Positions 37,737 to 47,513 of a DNA stretch of 64,000 nt are shown here, one piece after another. Position 1 is the stretch's first letter. The number at the start of each line of letters is the position of its first letter. The notes under the pieces were generated by a model, which was not told the DNA's origin, searched no databases, and saw nothing but the letters and a program-made list of their open reading frames with translations. The position numbers were made by a program, and so were the translations under genes. The DNA comes from Patescibacteria group bacterium (GTDB lineage Bacteria; Patescibacteriota; Microgenomatia; UBA10105; UBA927): NCBI GenBank assembly GCA_038062795.1, contig JBBTWM010000033.1, positions 5,615-69,614 of the forward strand, in the 5' to 3' direction.

Positions 37737-38450
37737 ATGCGGACGTTAACTATTATCATTCCTACATATAACGAGGCAAAAACTATTCACATAGTACTGC
37801 AGCGTGTCTTCGCGTCTACGCTTCTGGGGTGGCAGAAACAGGTTGTGGTCGTGGACGACGGTTCTGTAGACGACACAGTTGGCATTCTCAAAAAATGGCA
37901 AAGCCGGGCAACTATTGTGCATCTGTCACATAATCAGGGCAAAGGCGCGGCGGTTACTGAAGGGCTGCGGCGGGCAACAGGCGATATCATTATCATACAG
38001 GATGCGGATTTGGAATATAGTCCGGATGATTACCCTGTGCTGTTGAATCCTTTTGAAAACGTACGGGTGAACGCCGTATACGGCTCGCGCTTTTTGGGTC
38101 CGCACCTTTCCACAATGTTTATCTATGCACTTGGAAATAAATTTGTGACCCTGGTTACCAACATCCTCTACAACACCACCATTACCGATATGGAAACCGG
38201 GTACAAGGCGTTCCGGAGGTCAGCGGTGAAAGATTTGGAAATCAAGGCGAAACGGTTTGATTTCGAGCCGGAGGTGACGGCAAAGTTACTCAGGAGCGGC
38301 AACCAGATTTATGAGGTTCCCATTTCCTACTACGGCCGGAAATTTGAAGAAGGGAAGAAGTTGACGTGGCGGGACGGCGTTGTGGCACTTTTCACGCTAC
38401 TCAAATACCGCTGGTGGAATCCTGCTCCGCACGGAGGAAAAAAGGTTTGA
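37737..38450 (+). CDS. polyprenol-phosphate glycosyltransferase (DPM1/GtrB-like GT2)
   Basis: IIIPTYNEAKTI...VVVVDDGSVDDT...IQDADLEYSPDD, with a short C-terminus, matches Dpm1/GtrB-like enzymes. Confidence 0.7.
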   Translation: MRTLTIIIPTYNEAKTIHIVLQRVFASTLLGWQKQVVVVDDGSVDDTVGILKKWQSRATIVHLSHNQGKGAAVTEGLRRATGDIIIIQDADLEYSPDDYPVLLNPFENVRVNAVYGSRFLGPHLSTMFIYALGNKFVTLVTNILYNTTITDMETGYKAFRRSAVKDLEIKAKRFDFEPEVTAKLLRSGNQIYEVPISYYGRKFEEGKKLTWRDGVVALFTLLKYRWWNPAPHGGKKV

Positions 38451-38452
38451 TC

Positions 38453-39712
38453 ATGAAGCGTCTTATCGAAAAACTATCTCTTGTGACGTCACATCCGTTA
38501 GCCCGCGGAAGTGCCGTGGTGCTTATTGGATCAATGGCAGCAAATGTTGGCGCCTATTTTTATCATGTCGTGGTCGGAAGATTGTTAGGACCGGAGCAAT
38601 ACGGAGAACTCGCTTCGCTTTACTCACTTTCATACTTATTAAATGTCCCATCTCTTGTTATCCAAACAGTGATAGCTAAATATGTGTCAGCCTACAAGGC
38701 AAAAAAAGAAAACGGTAAAGCAAAAGAACTAGTCATTACTGCAACGCAGTCGATGGGCTACTGGATGATTGCCATCCTTATCCTTACTGTCCCGTTATAC
38801 CGTTTTTTTGTTCAGTATCTTCATGTAACCAATTATTGGTCCGTCGTTTATGTTTTCATCGGGTCCGGAATTGTTTTTTTGGGGACCGTGATAACCGGGA
38901 CTCTCCAAGGATATCAGCAATTTACGGAACTTATGGTATTTTCCAATATAGGGGTAGTACTTCGGTTGATAGGCGGATTCATCGGAGCTTCATATAGTGT
39001 TGCGGCAACGGCATTTGCGAACGCGCTCACGGCATTTATCGCGTATGTTCTTTCCTTTATTCCACTACGTTTTTTACGTGCATCCACGCGTCAGAAAACC
39101 GGCCTGACGAAGAGAGACATAGGAACGTTTGCTGTCCCATCGCTTCTGTGTATTTTGGGAATCACGTCTCTTTATAATACTGACATCATGCTGGTGAAGC
39201 ATTATTTTTCTTCTTACGAAGCAGGCATGTATGCAGCGCTTTCTATGATGGGGAAAGTTATATTTTTCGCTAGTAGCAGCTTTTCATACGTATTGTTTCC
39301 GGTTGTAGCTGAGAGAAGCCATGTAGGAGGCCGGTCAGATAGACTTGTTTATATTTCACTTGCGGCGGTAGCGTGCATATCTTTGGGGATTACCGTTGGA
39401 TATTATATATTTCCATCTGTGGCGCTTGGACTTTTGTTCGGATCTTCCTACGCGGGTGCCTCCGGTTACCTTGGGCTTTTCGGTATATTTATTTCATTCT
39501 TTTCCTTAAGTAACATTTTAAGTACGACGTTATTGGGGATGGGCAATAAATCAGTATGGATGTTTACTGTCAGTTTTTCACTGTTGCAGATTCTGGGGAT
39601 CATGGCCGTTCATGATTCTCTCCGATCTGTTTTATACCTGAATATTGGTGTGAGCACGGCCTTATTTATGATGCTTTTGGTATACTATCGTCATGCGGTC
39701 AAAAAACATTAA
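38453..39712 (+). CDS. Wzx/MOP-family oligosaccharide flippase
   Basis: About 12 TM segments. The N-terminal block LIGSMAANVGAYFYHVVVGRLLGPEQYGELAS is typical of a polysaccharide biosynthesis protein. Confidence 0.65.
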   Translation: MKRLIEKLSLVTSHPLARGSAVVLIGSMAANVGAYFYHVVVGRLLGPEQYGELASLYSLSYLLNVPSLVIQTVIAKYVSAYKAKKENGKAKELVITATQSMGYWMIAILILTVPLYRFFVQYLHVTNYWSVVYVFIGSGIVFLGTVITGTLQGYQQFTELMVFSNIGVVLRLIGGFIGASYSVAATAFANALTAFIAYVLSFIPLRFLRASTRQKTGLTKRDIGTFAVPSLLCILGITSLYNTDIMLVKHYFSSYEAGMYAALSMMGKVIFFASSSFSYVLFPVVAERSHVGGRSDRLVYISLAAVACISLGITVGYYIFPSVALGLLFGSSYAGASGYLGLFGIFISFFSLSNILSTTLLGMGNKSVWMFTVSFSLLQILGIMAVHDSLRSVLYLNIGVSTALFMMLLVYYRHAVKKH

Positions 39713-40496
39713 ACTGCTTTCTCTTATTATTCCGGTATATCATCAGGAGCGGACTATCCGGAAACAACTTCAGAATATCATCGGTGAGCTTGAGTTGCTC
39801 GCGACTCCATATGAGGTAATTGTCGTAGTCGACGGCCTGGATGACAAATGCTTCGAAGAAGCCAAAAAAGTTCACTCGGACAAGATCACCGTTACCGGAT
39901 ACAAAACGAATCACGGGAAGGGGTACGCGGTACGTTTCGGTATGGGGAAAAGCCACGGTGATGTTATCGGATTCTTAGATGCCGGTGGGGATTTGAGTGA
40001 GTTGGGATTGTCCATGATGACGGAGCATTATAAATGGTATAACGCAGATATTATTATCGGGAGCAAACGCCACCCGGTATCCAAAGTCGCGTACCCAATT
40101 GCGAGGAAAATTTTATCCTGGGGATATCAACAACTGGTGCGTTTGTTATTCGGCCTCAACGTGAGAGACACCCAAGTCGGCATGAAACTGTACCGCAGGG
40201 AAGTGTTGGAAGATGTACTCCCCAGACTCGTAGTTAAGCAATTTGCTTTTGACATAGAGATTTTGGCGGTTGCATATCATTTGGGGTACCGGCGCATTTT
40301 CGAAGCACCGGTCGAACTGGATTTTACCGGAGCTTCCAGCATTACCTCTATGGGGGTGTGGAAAACCATATGGAACATGCTCTGGGATACATTCGCCGTG
40401 TATTACCGACTGCACATATTGCATTATTATGATAATCTCAACAAGCGGAAATGGAAGTTTGACAAAGAGCTTAATTTCAACGTCTCTGTCCCGTAA
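39693..40496 (+). CDS. family 2 glycosyltransferase
   Basis: LSLIIPVYHQERTI...VIVVVDGLDD. Confidence 0.7.
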   Translation: MRSKNIKLLSLIIPVYHQERTIRKQLQNIIGELELLATPYEVIVVVDGLDDKCFEEAKKVHSDKITVTGYKTNHGKGYAVRFGMGKSHGDVIGFLDAGGDLSELGLSMMTEHYKWYNADIIIGSKRHPVSKVAYPIARKILSWGYQQLVRLLFGLNVRDTQVGMKLYRREVLEDVLPRLVVKQFAFDIEILAVAYHLGYRRIFEAPVELDFTGASSITSMGVWKTIWNMLWDTFAVYYRLHILHYYDNLNKRKWKFDKELNFNVSVP

Positions 40497-40506
40497 AGGA
40501 AATAGT

Positions 40507-41535
40507 ATGAACATTGTTATAACCGGCGGGGCCGGATTTATCGGATGTAATGCTGCGGCGTATTATCTGGCAAAAAAAGCAGATGTTATCGTCTTTGACA
40601 ACCTCTCCCGTGCAAATACCGATAAAAATCTTGCCTGGCTGAAAACGCTCGGGGGCAATCTTACCTATATAAAGGGAGATTTGCGTTCTATTGCTGATAC
40701 AGCCAAGCTTATTTCGTTTCTTGCGGATGCTGATGCAGTGCTTCATTTGGCTGCGCAAGTTGCCGTAACCACGTCGGTTATAAACCCACGGGAAGATTTC
40801 GAAATCAATGCAGTGGGCACATTTAATCTATTGGAAGCGATGCGGGCATCCGAAAGTCGGGCTAAGCTCATTTATTCTTCGACAAATAAAGTCTACGGAG
40901 GTATGGAGGATGTTGCAGTCGAGGAAAAGGACACTCGGTATGATTACGCAAATCTTCCGTACGGTGTGAGTGAAGATCGGCAGTTAGACTTTCACTCCCC
41001 ATACGGTTGTTCCAAGGGAGCTGCTGATCAGTATGTCCATGATTATGGCAGGATATACGGACTAGATACCGTCGTCATGCGTCAATCCTGTATTTATGGT
41101 CCCCGGCAGTTTGGTGTAGAAGATCAGGGGTGGGTCGCATGGTTTATCATCGCAACGGCATTGGGGCATAAATTGGCAATCTACGGAGATGGTAAGCAAG
41201 TGCGGGATCTTCTGTATGTCGATGATCTTATCGCAGCATACGATATGGCTATTCTAGCCGGTAAGAAAACCCGTGGAGGAATGTATAATATCGGAGGAGG
41301 GCCGAATAATACGCTTTCCGTTTGGCATGAGTTTGGTCCGATGCTGGAAAAGCTTTTCGGCAAAAAAATTCCGGTAACTCATGAGGACTGGCGCCCGGGA
41401 GATCAGAAAATATTCGTGGCAGACATCCGTAAAGCAAAAAAAGAATTCGGATGGGAGCCACGTGTGTCAGTAGAAGCTGGTATTGAGAAACTTTACATGT
41501 GGGTCAGCGCAAACAAAACGCTTTTTCGCTCCTAA
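40507..41535 (+). CDS. NAD-dependent sugar epimerase, CDP-paratose 2-epimerase (tyvelose epimerase)-like
   Basis: GGAGFIGCN..., SSTNKVYG, PYGCSKGAADQYV and RQSCIYGPRQFGVEDQGWVAWF closely match the CDP-tyvelose 2-epimerase / ADP-heptose epimerase branch of the SDR family. Confidence 0.6.
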   Translation: MNIVITGGAGFIGCNAAAYYLAKKADVIVFDNLSRANTDKNLAWLKTLGGNLTYIKGDLRSIADTAKLISFLADADAVLHLAAQVAVTTSVINPREDFEINAVGTFNLLEAMRASESRAKLIYSSTNKVYGGMEDVAVEEKDTRYDYANLPYGVSEDRQLDFHSPYGCSKGAADQYVHDYGRIYGLDTVVMRQSCIYGPRQFGVEDQGWVAWFIIATALGHKLAIYGDGKQVRDLLYVDDLIAAYDMAILAGKKTRGGMYNIGGGPNNTLSVWHEFGPMLEKLFGKKIPVTHEDWRPGDQKIFVADIRKAKKEFGWEPRVSVEAGIEKLYMWVSANKTLFRS

Positions 41536-41541
41536 TTCCGC

Positions 41542-42333
41542 ATGAAATCCACTGACTCGGAATCGCTTCATGATTATCCGCCGGAGGCATACGCTCTCCT
41601 TTCGGAAAGCGAAAAAAGACATTTCTGGTTTCAAGGGAGAAATATGATTATCCGGGAAGTGATTCGTTCATCGATCCGAGATAATAAAGGATTAAGTTTT
41701 TTGGAAATCGGATGCGGGACCGGGTATGTTTTAGCAGAGTTAGCAAGAATGGGATTTAAGGTAACCGGATTGGATATGCACGCAGAGGGTTTGGCTTATG
41801 CAAAGCTACGAGTTCCCACCGCAACATTTTTTGCGGGAAAATTAGATGAGTTCCGACCAAAAAAACTTTTTGACGCGGCAGGTATGTTTGATGTGCTGGA
41901 GCATATTCCGAACGATACGTCCGCCCTTGTAGAATGTGCAGGACTTCTCAAAAAAAATGGCATGCTGTACCTCACCGTTCCTGCTCGGTCAGAGCTGTGG
42001 TCTGTCTACGATGATATTTCCGGCCATAAACGGCGGTATACCAAGGGAAGCCTGAAGATCGTGTTAGAGAGAAGCGGGTTTCGCGTGAAATTTATCGGGT
42101 ACTTTGGCTTTTTTCAGTATGTTCCGCATTTGATAATGAAACGGTTACTTCTTAAGAAATCTCATGTAGCAAAGGCGGATACGATGGGTGTGTTGAAACG
42201 GATTTTGTGGCAGCCTCCGGGAATACTCAATTGGCTGCTGGAGCAGTCGTTTACACTCGATATGTTTCTCTCCAAATTTATCGAGTTACCTTTCGGGACA
42301 TCTCTCATCGTTTCCGCACGAAAAGCAGTATAA
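41542..42333 (+). CDS. class I SAM-dependent methyltransferase
   Basis: FLEIGCGTGYVLAELARMGFKVTGLDM is motif I, followed by FDVLEHIPND. Confidence 0.7.
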   Translation: MKSTDSESLHDYPPEAYALLSESEKRHFWFQGRNMIIREVIRSSIRDNKGLSFLEIGCGTGYVLAELARMGFKVTGLDMHAEGLAYAKLRVPTATFFAGKLDEFRPKKLFDAAGMFDVLEHIPNDTSALVECAGLLKKNGMLYLTVPARSELWSVYDDISGHKRRYTKGSLKIVLERSGFRVKFIGYFGFFQYVPHLIMKRLLLKKSHVAKADTMGVLKRILWQPPGILNWLLEQSFTLDMFLSKFIELPFGTSLIVSARKAV

Positions 42334-42349
42334 TTGGCTTTATAGCTGC

Positions 42350-43468
42350 ATGAATGTACTTATCCTCAATTGGAAAGATATCAGAAACCCCGATGTCGGG
42401 GGAGCTGAGATCATACTGTACGAATTATCTAAGCGTTTGGTACGTGACGGGCATTCCGTTACCTGGTTTTGTCGGACATGTAAGGGAGCGAAATCCCAAG
42501 AGACTATCGATGGCATTCGGATAATTCGCCGTGGAAATAGATTTACCGTCTATTGGGAGGCATACTTGTATTATCGTAAGCTTATAGTGAAGCCGGATAA
42601 AGTATTGGACTGTGTGAATACTATTTGCTGGCAAACTCCGCTTTATGTTCCCAAAGAAAAACGCATTGCGTACGTAAATCAGTTGGCAAAAGAGGTCTTT
42701 TTCTATGAATTGCCACCGGTTTTGTCGCATATCGCTTATTTTTTGGAGCCTTTGGAATATCTCACGTACCGAGATACAACGTTCCTCTGTTATTCCGAGA
42801 GTGTGAAAAAAGATATTACTACGTTCGGTATCCCGGAAAAAAATATATCGACATTTCCGATTGGCATAGATCACGATAGATACAAATCAGGTAAGAAATC
42901 CAAAGACCCGCTGTTTCTCTTTGTGGCGCGGCTTACTTCTATGAAACGACCTGATCTGTGTATTGAGGCGATGCGTATTGTCACACGGAAATATCCCAAG
43001 GCGAAACTTGCTATCGTAGGATATGGCCCTATGGAGGACGCACTGGAACATATGATTAGTGACTATAAACTTGGGGAGAATGTTATGCTTGTAAATAAGA
43101 ATCACTTGTTTTTTGATACCAATCCCAAAGATCAGAAAGTGAAGCTTATGCAGCAGGCATGGGCACTCCTTCTTCCGTCCGTCAAAGAAGGCTGGGGCAT
43201 GGTCGTTACGGAGGCAGCAGCCTGCGGTACAGCGAGTATCGTAACGGATGTTACAGGACTCCGGGATTCTGTAAAAGCTGAACAAACCGGAATTGTACTC
43301 GGACCAACCCCCTCAGTGGCTGATTTATCAGCAGCGATAATCCGCTTGATTACTGATAAGGCAAGGCAGGAAAATATGGGGAAGAACGCAAGCGTATTTA
43401 GTGATCGTTTTAGTTGGGAACGTTCATATGAATCATTTTTAACATTAATCAGTAGGGATACGCAGTGA
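42350..43468 (+). CDS. family 4 glycosyltransferase
   Basis: NPDVGGAEI at the N-terminus and EGWGMVVTEAAACGTASIV at the C-terminus. Confidence 0.75.
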   Translation: MNVLILNWKDIRNPDVGGAEIILYELSKRLVRDGHSVTWFCRTCKGAKSQETIDGIRIIRRGNRFTVYWEAYLYYRKLIVKPDKVLDCVNTICWQTPLYVPKEKRIAYVNQLAKEVFFYELPPVLSHIAYFLEPLEYLTYRDTTFLCYSESVKKDITTFGIPEKNISTFPIGIDHDRYKSGKKSKDPLFLFVARLTSMKRPDLCIEAMRIVTRKYPKAKLAIVGYGPMEDALEHMISDYKLGENVMLVNKNHLFFDTNPKDQKVKLMQQAWALLLPSVKEGWGMVVTEAAACGTASIVTDVTGLRDSVKAEQTGIVLGPTPSVADLSAAIIRLITDKARQENMGKNASVFSDRFSWERSYESFLTLISRDTQ

Positions 43469-43480
43469 TATAATAATACT

Positions 43481-44314
43481 ATGAAACGCGGCATTGTCAG
43501 CATCGTTATCCCTACAAAAAATTCTACTGCTTTTTTAGAGAATACGTTAAAAAGTATAAAAGCACAGTCATATCCGTATATAGAAACCATTGTTGTCGAC
43601 GGAAACTCCACAGATAATACTGTTCTACTCGCTAAAAAATATAATGCCACAATCATGATCTATGCCCCAAAGGTACAGAAAGGTATATTTGATGCGCCTC
43701 ATAAACGTAATTACGGTATGGCACGGGGAAAAGGGGAATATGTGTATTGGTTGGATGCCGACATGGAATTACCCAAAAATTTAATTAAGGAAGCGGTCGC
43801 GCTGACAAAAAAAGGATACGACGGCATTATTTTTTCAGAAGATTCTTTTGGCGAAGGAATATGGGCAAATGCGAAGCAGTTGGAACGGCGGTGTTATTGG
43901 GGCGATTTGACCGTTGAAAGCCCGAGATTTTTCACCAAAAAAGCGTGGGATGATATCGGCGGGTTTGACCTTTCATTGGGGGCCGGGGGCGACGATATAG
44001 ATCTTACCCAAAAATTAATGGAAAAAGGATATAAAATTCAATGGACAGAGAATATTATCCGCCATAACGAAGGGAAACTCTCCATTACAAAATTATTTAA
44101 GAAGAGGTTCATGTATGGGAGGGAGATGGTCAATTACCTGAAAAAACGGCCTAAATCATGGATAGCCAGTTATAATCCGATAAAATTTGCCTATTTCCGT
44201 CATTGGAAGCTCCTTCTTGCCCACCCCGTGAATACCGTATTGTTTATTGTGATGAGGCTTATTGAGTATACAGGAGGCTTTTCCGGTCTTATATATTCCT
44301 ATATAACGAAATAA
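43481..44314 (+). CDS. family 2 glycosyltransferase
   Basis: VSIVIPTKNSTAFL...VVDGNSTDNT. Confidence 0.75.
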   Translation: MKRGIVSIVIPTKNSTAFLENTLKSIKAQSYPYIETIVVDGNSTDNTVLLAKKYNATIMIYAPKVQKGIFDAPHKRNYGMARGKGEYVYWLDADMELPKNLIKEAVALTKKGYDGIIFSEDSFGEGIWANAKQLERRCYWGDLTVESPRFFTKKAWDDIGGFDLSLGAGGDDIDLTQKLMEKGYKIQWTENIIRHNEGKLSITKLFKKRFMYGREMVNYLKKRPKSWIASYNPIKFAYFRHWKLLLAHPVNTVLFIVMRLIEYTGGFSGLIYSYITK

Positions 44315-44342
44315 CTGCATTCCGGATATGCTGCTTTTTTTG
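44315..44342 (+). terminator. possible rho-independent terminator
   Basis: An imperfect hairpin GCATTCCGGATATGC is followed by TGCTTTTTTTG just after the GT2 stop. This is the only intergenic gap over 60 bp in this stretch. Confidence 0.35.
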
Positions 44343-44394
44343 CATGTGTCGATGCGTTATGATTACTCATTATTGACGAAAGGGGAATTATTGT

Positions 44395-45108
44395 ATGAAG
44401 AAATTAAAAAATCAGAAGCTTAGCGGCGTTAATGTGGATTTGTTGCATTGGTCTGAAAAAGAATACGACAAGCTCCACAAGGGGAAAGGGTTTTATGAGG
44501 AGAGGGAATATTACGAGGTGCTCGCCACACTTCTCAAAGGAAAAAAGGCAATAGATATCGGTTGCGGTGAGGGCTATGTCGAGCACTTTGCGCCGGAAAT
44601 AACCGCAGTAGATTTTTCTTCTGAGGCTCTCAAGCGTGCAAAAAAGAATGGAGCAAAACATCTGGTTAAAGCTCCTGCCGAAGCGTTGCCGTTTGGCGAT
44701 AATACGTTTGAAGTCGCACTATCCGCCGGAACCCTCGAGCATCTCGTAAACCAACAAAAAGCCATAGAGGAAATGGGTAGAGTGGCAAAGGTTCAGATTA
44801 TTATCGCTCATGCAAAGCTTCCGTGGCTATATGAGATGGCTCATAAGCTCATCAACTTGGCCTACGGATGGAAACAGGACCAGCCGCTTGAGCGGCCGCT
44901 GTCGCTTTCTGAGATTAACGCAATGCTTTCCCGCGCTGGTCTGAAAGTAATTTTTCAGGGCATATTTAATTATGTCGATCTCCGATGGTTATGGAAAGGT
45001 TTGCCGTATGGCCTCCTTAAGATTCCGTCGCATTATTTTATTGTTTCGATAAAGTCCGAGGCATCAGGGCGAAGATTTTTGAAGGAAGAGAGCGGCTGGA
45101 AGATATGA
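44395..45108 (+). CDS. class I SAM-dependent methyltransferase
   Basis: AIDIGCGEGYV...VDFS...LEHL. A GGGGA RBS lies upstream. Confidence 0.7.
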   Translation: MKKLKNQKLSGVNVDLLHWSEKEYDKLHKGKGFYEEREYYEVLATLLKGKKAIDIGCGEGYVEHFAPEITAVDFSSEALKRAKKNGAKHLVKAPAEALPFGDNTFEVALSAGTLEHLVNQQKAIEEMGRVAKVQIIIAHAKLPWLYEMAHKLINLAYGWKQDQPLERPLSLSEINAMLSRAGLKVIFQGIFNYVDLRWLWKGLPYGLLKIPSHYFIVSIKSEASGRRFLKEESGWKI

Positions 45109-46319
45109 AGTATCTTCACTTGGTTCAATGGAGTCCCCGCGAGAGTTTCGGCGGGTATGAAACCATTGTGCGCGAGACCGCATTGACCCAGCAGAAACGG
45201 CATAGCACCGTGTATGTAGTAGGCAGGAGAGTCGGACGTAACAGAAGCATTGATTCTGTATCAGTATCAGGAGTTACCTACGTAGAAGTGAGCCACCCGA
45301 TGAGGCGCCGTCCGAGCAGCTTGGATGTGGGAATAATTGGAATCGTGATGCTATTTGTGGAAATATTCGTTTCGCTTTGGTTACTGACGCCGGTTGTTTG
45401 GCGCATTATCCGAAGAGAACGGATAGACGCGGTGATTTTCTACGGCATACATCTTATGCTCATGGGTCCGATAGTCCGTCTTGGGGGCACTCTGGCGTTG
45501 TTGGGGCTTGAGGTGTTGCAAAAAAATCAGGAAGTGGGACGCATGTCCTTTCTCTACTGGTTTAGAAGGTTGAAATATGCGTGTTTTAACGGAATTTTTA
45601 CCTACACGTATTATTTTTATCTGGATAATCGAAAGTATAACAATATAGCCTTGCTCAAAACGTACGCACCCCGAATTCCTGTGGCGTATATCCCTTGGGG
45701 TATTGATGTTAAGGCTACGAGTTCCGTAAAAAGCGACCAGTCCCTTGTGTCCTGGAAAAAGAAAACATCATCCGTTATCATTCTCTGTCCAAGAAGGTTG
45801 GTAGAGGAAAAGGGCGTCCGTTATCTGCTGGAAGCAGTGCCTATGATACGAAAAAAAATCCCCGGTGCATATGTTGTTTTTGCCGGAGACGGAATTTTAC
45901 GCCGCGAGATGGAAAATCGGGCGAAAGAACTCGGGGTAGCCTCGTGTGTCAGGTTTACCGGGTTCATGAGCCATGAAAAAACACTGCAAATGATGAAGGC
46001 GTCGGATATGATTGTGGTGCCTTCTTCTGGCGAAGAATCGTTCGGTATGGTATTTTTAGAAGCATACGCATTAGGTGTACCGATCGTCTCAACATGGTTC
46101 GGAGGAATACCAAATGTAGTTGAGCAGCATAAAACAGGGTTGCTTGTGGCTGTAAAGCGACCGGACGAATTAGCAGATTCGGTGATACGTATTGTCAAAA
46201 ATATGCGTGAAAGAGAGCAGTATATAGCAGCAGGAAAAGAATTGGTAAGCGCTAAATTTACCATCGAAAAAACGACCGATACCATAGACAGATTTGTACG
46301 TACTTTGCAGAAAGCCTAA
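45105..46319 (+). CDS. family 4 glycosyltransferase
   Basis: EESFGMVFLEAYALGVPIVSTWFGGIPNVV. ATGA overlap with the upstream gene. Confidence 0.75.
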   Translation: MKYLHLVQWSPRESFGGYETIVRETALTQQKRHSTVYVVGRRVGRNRSIDSVSVSGVTYVEVSHPMRRRPSSLDVGIIGIVMLFVEIFVSLWLLTPVVWRIIRRERIDAVIFYGIHLMLMGPIVRLGGTLALLGLEVLQKNQEVGRMSFLYWFRRLKYACFNGIFTYTYYFYLDNRKYNNIALLKTYAPRIPVAYIPWGIDVKATSSVKSDQSLVSWKKKTSSVIILCPRRLVEEKGVRYLLEAVPMIRKKIPGAYVVFAGDGILRREMENRAKELGVASCVRFTGFMSHEKTLQMMKASDMIVVPSSGEESFGMVFLEAYALGVPIVSTWFGGIPNVVEQHKTGLLVAVKRPDELADSVIRIVKNMREREQYIAAGKELVSAKFTIEKTTDTIDRFVRTLQKA

Positions 46320-46322
46320 TTT

Positions 46323-47510
46323 ATGATTTCACTTATCAAATCTACATTTTATAACGAAAAGAAAACGAAGCAGCAATTATGTAAATTTATCAGCAGCGCC
46401 GATAAATTAAGCATCGGAAAACAATGCAGAATTTTTGAACAAAAATTCGCGGCATACCAGGATCGGGCGCATTGTCTGTTCGTCAATAGCGGCAGCTCCG
46501 CTAATCTTGCGTTAATACAGGCTTTATTGAACCTAGGGAGGATAAAAAAAGGTGATGCAATTGGATTTTCCGCTTTGACGTGGTCCACCAACGTTATGCC
46601 GCTTATTCAATTGGGACTCACCCCCGTTCCGGTTGATATAGAACTTGATACATTGAACGTGTCGTCCCACACGCTGGAAGAAGCACTGGCGCGACAACCG
46701 ATCAAGCTTTTATTTCTGACAAATTTATTAGGTTTTTGCGATGATATCGATGTCATATCCGATATTTGTCGAAAGCGGAATATACAACTGATAGAAGACA
46801 ATTGTGAGTCGTTGGGTACGGTTTACAAAGGCAAAAAATTAGGAAATTGGGGATTAGCTAGCACCTTTTCGTTTTATGTAGGGCACCACATGTCAACGAT
46901 TGAGGGAGGCGCAGTCGTTACTGACGATAACGATCTTATCACCATGCTGCATCTGGTCCGGGCACACGGGTGGGATAGGAATCTGACCGAAGACAAGCAG
47001 CTGTTTTTGCGTGTCAAGCATAACGTCAACTCAACATTTTATTCCCGGTATACATTTTATGATCTCGGATATAATTTCAGAACGACGGAGATCCAGGGCT
47101 TTTTGGGGAATAACCAGCTTCAGTATCTTCCAGATATTATCCGTAAGAGGGAGCGCAACTTTTTTTATATGGCAAAGCCGATTTATGCACGCGATGATCT
47201 TTATTTTCCGATACGGTACGATCATATAGAGACCGTGTCTAATTTCGCCGTTCCGATTATTTGCCGTTCACAGAAGATACGCGATGCGTTGGTCAAAGCA
47301 TGCGATCGTAATATCGAAATCAGGCCTGTGGTAGGCGGAGACATGACGAAACAGCCATTTTTCAGTAAATATCAAAAAACTTCTAAAAAGTCATTCACGC
47401 AAAATGCTGAACTGGTGCATACGCAGGGGTTATATTTCGGAAATAACCCCGATCTGACAGTGAAAGAAATGAAAACGATTATCGATATATTTACTACATT
47501 GAGGGTTTAA
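46323..47510 (+). CDS. DegT/DnrJ/EryC1/StrS-family PLP/PMP enzyme, probable sugar 3-dehydrase (E1/RfbH-like) rather than aminotransferase
   Basis: The SFSFYVGHHMSTIEGGAV block has His-His where aminotransferases have the Schiff-base Lys. This matches the CDP-6-deoxy-D-xylo-4-hexulose-3-dehydrase (E1) signature F..HH.T..EGG. Confidence 0.55.
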   Translation: MISLIKSTFYNEKKTKQQLCKFISSADKLSIGKQCRIFEQKFAAYQDRAHCLFVNSGSSANLALIQALLNLGRIKKGDAIGFSALTWSTNVMPLIQLGLTPVPVDIELDTLNVSSHTLEEALARQPIKLLFLTNLLGFCDDIDVISDICRKRNIQLIEDNCESLGTVYKGKKLGNWGLASTFSFYVGHHMSTIEGGAVVTDDNDLITMLHLVRAHGWDRNLTEDKQLFLRVKHNVNSTFYSRYTFYDLGYNFRTTEIQGFLGNNQLQYLPDIIRKRERNFFYMAKPIYARDDLYFPIRYDHIETVSNFAVPIICRSQKIRDALVKACDRNIEIRPVVGGDMTKQPFFSKYQKTSKKSFTQNAELVHTQGLYFGNNPDLTVKEMKTIIDIFTTLRV

Positions 47511-47513
47511 ATT

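Noticed and set aside
44314-44395. tRNA or ncRNA in the largest intergenic gaps (44314-44395, 52726-52795, 12833-12891)
   Set aside because: The gaps are under 85 nt with no cloverleaf-compatible pairing. They more likely hold a terminator or promoter plus RBS.
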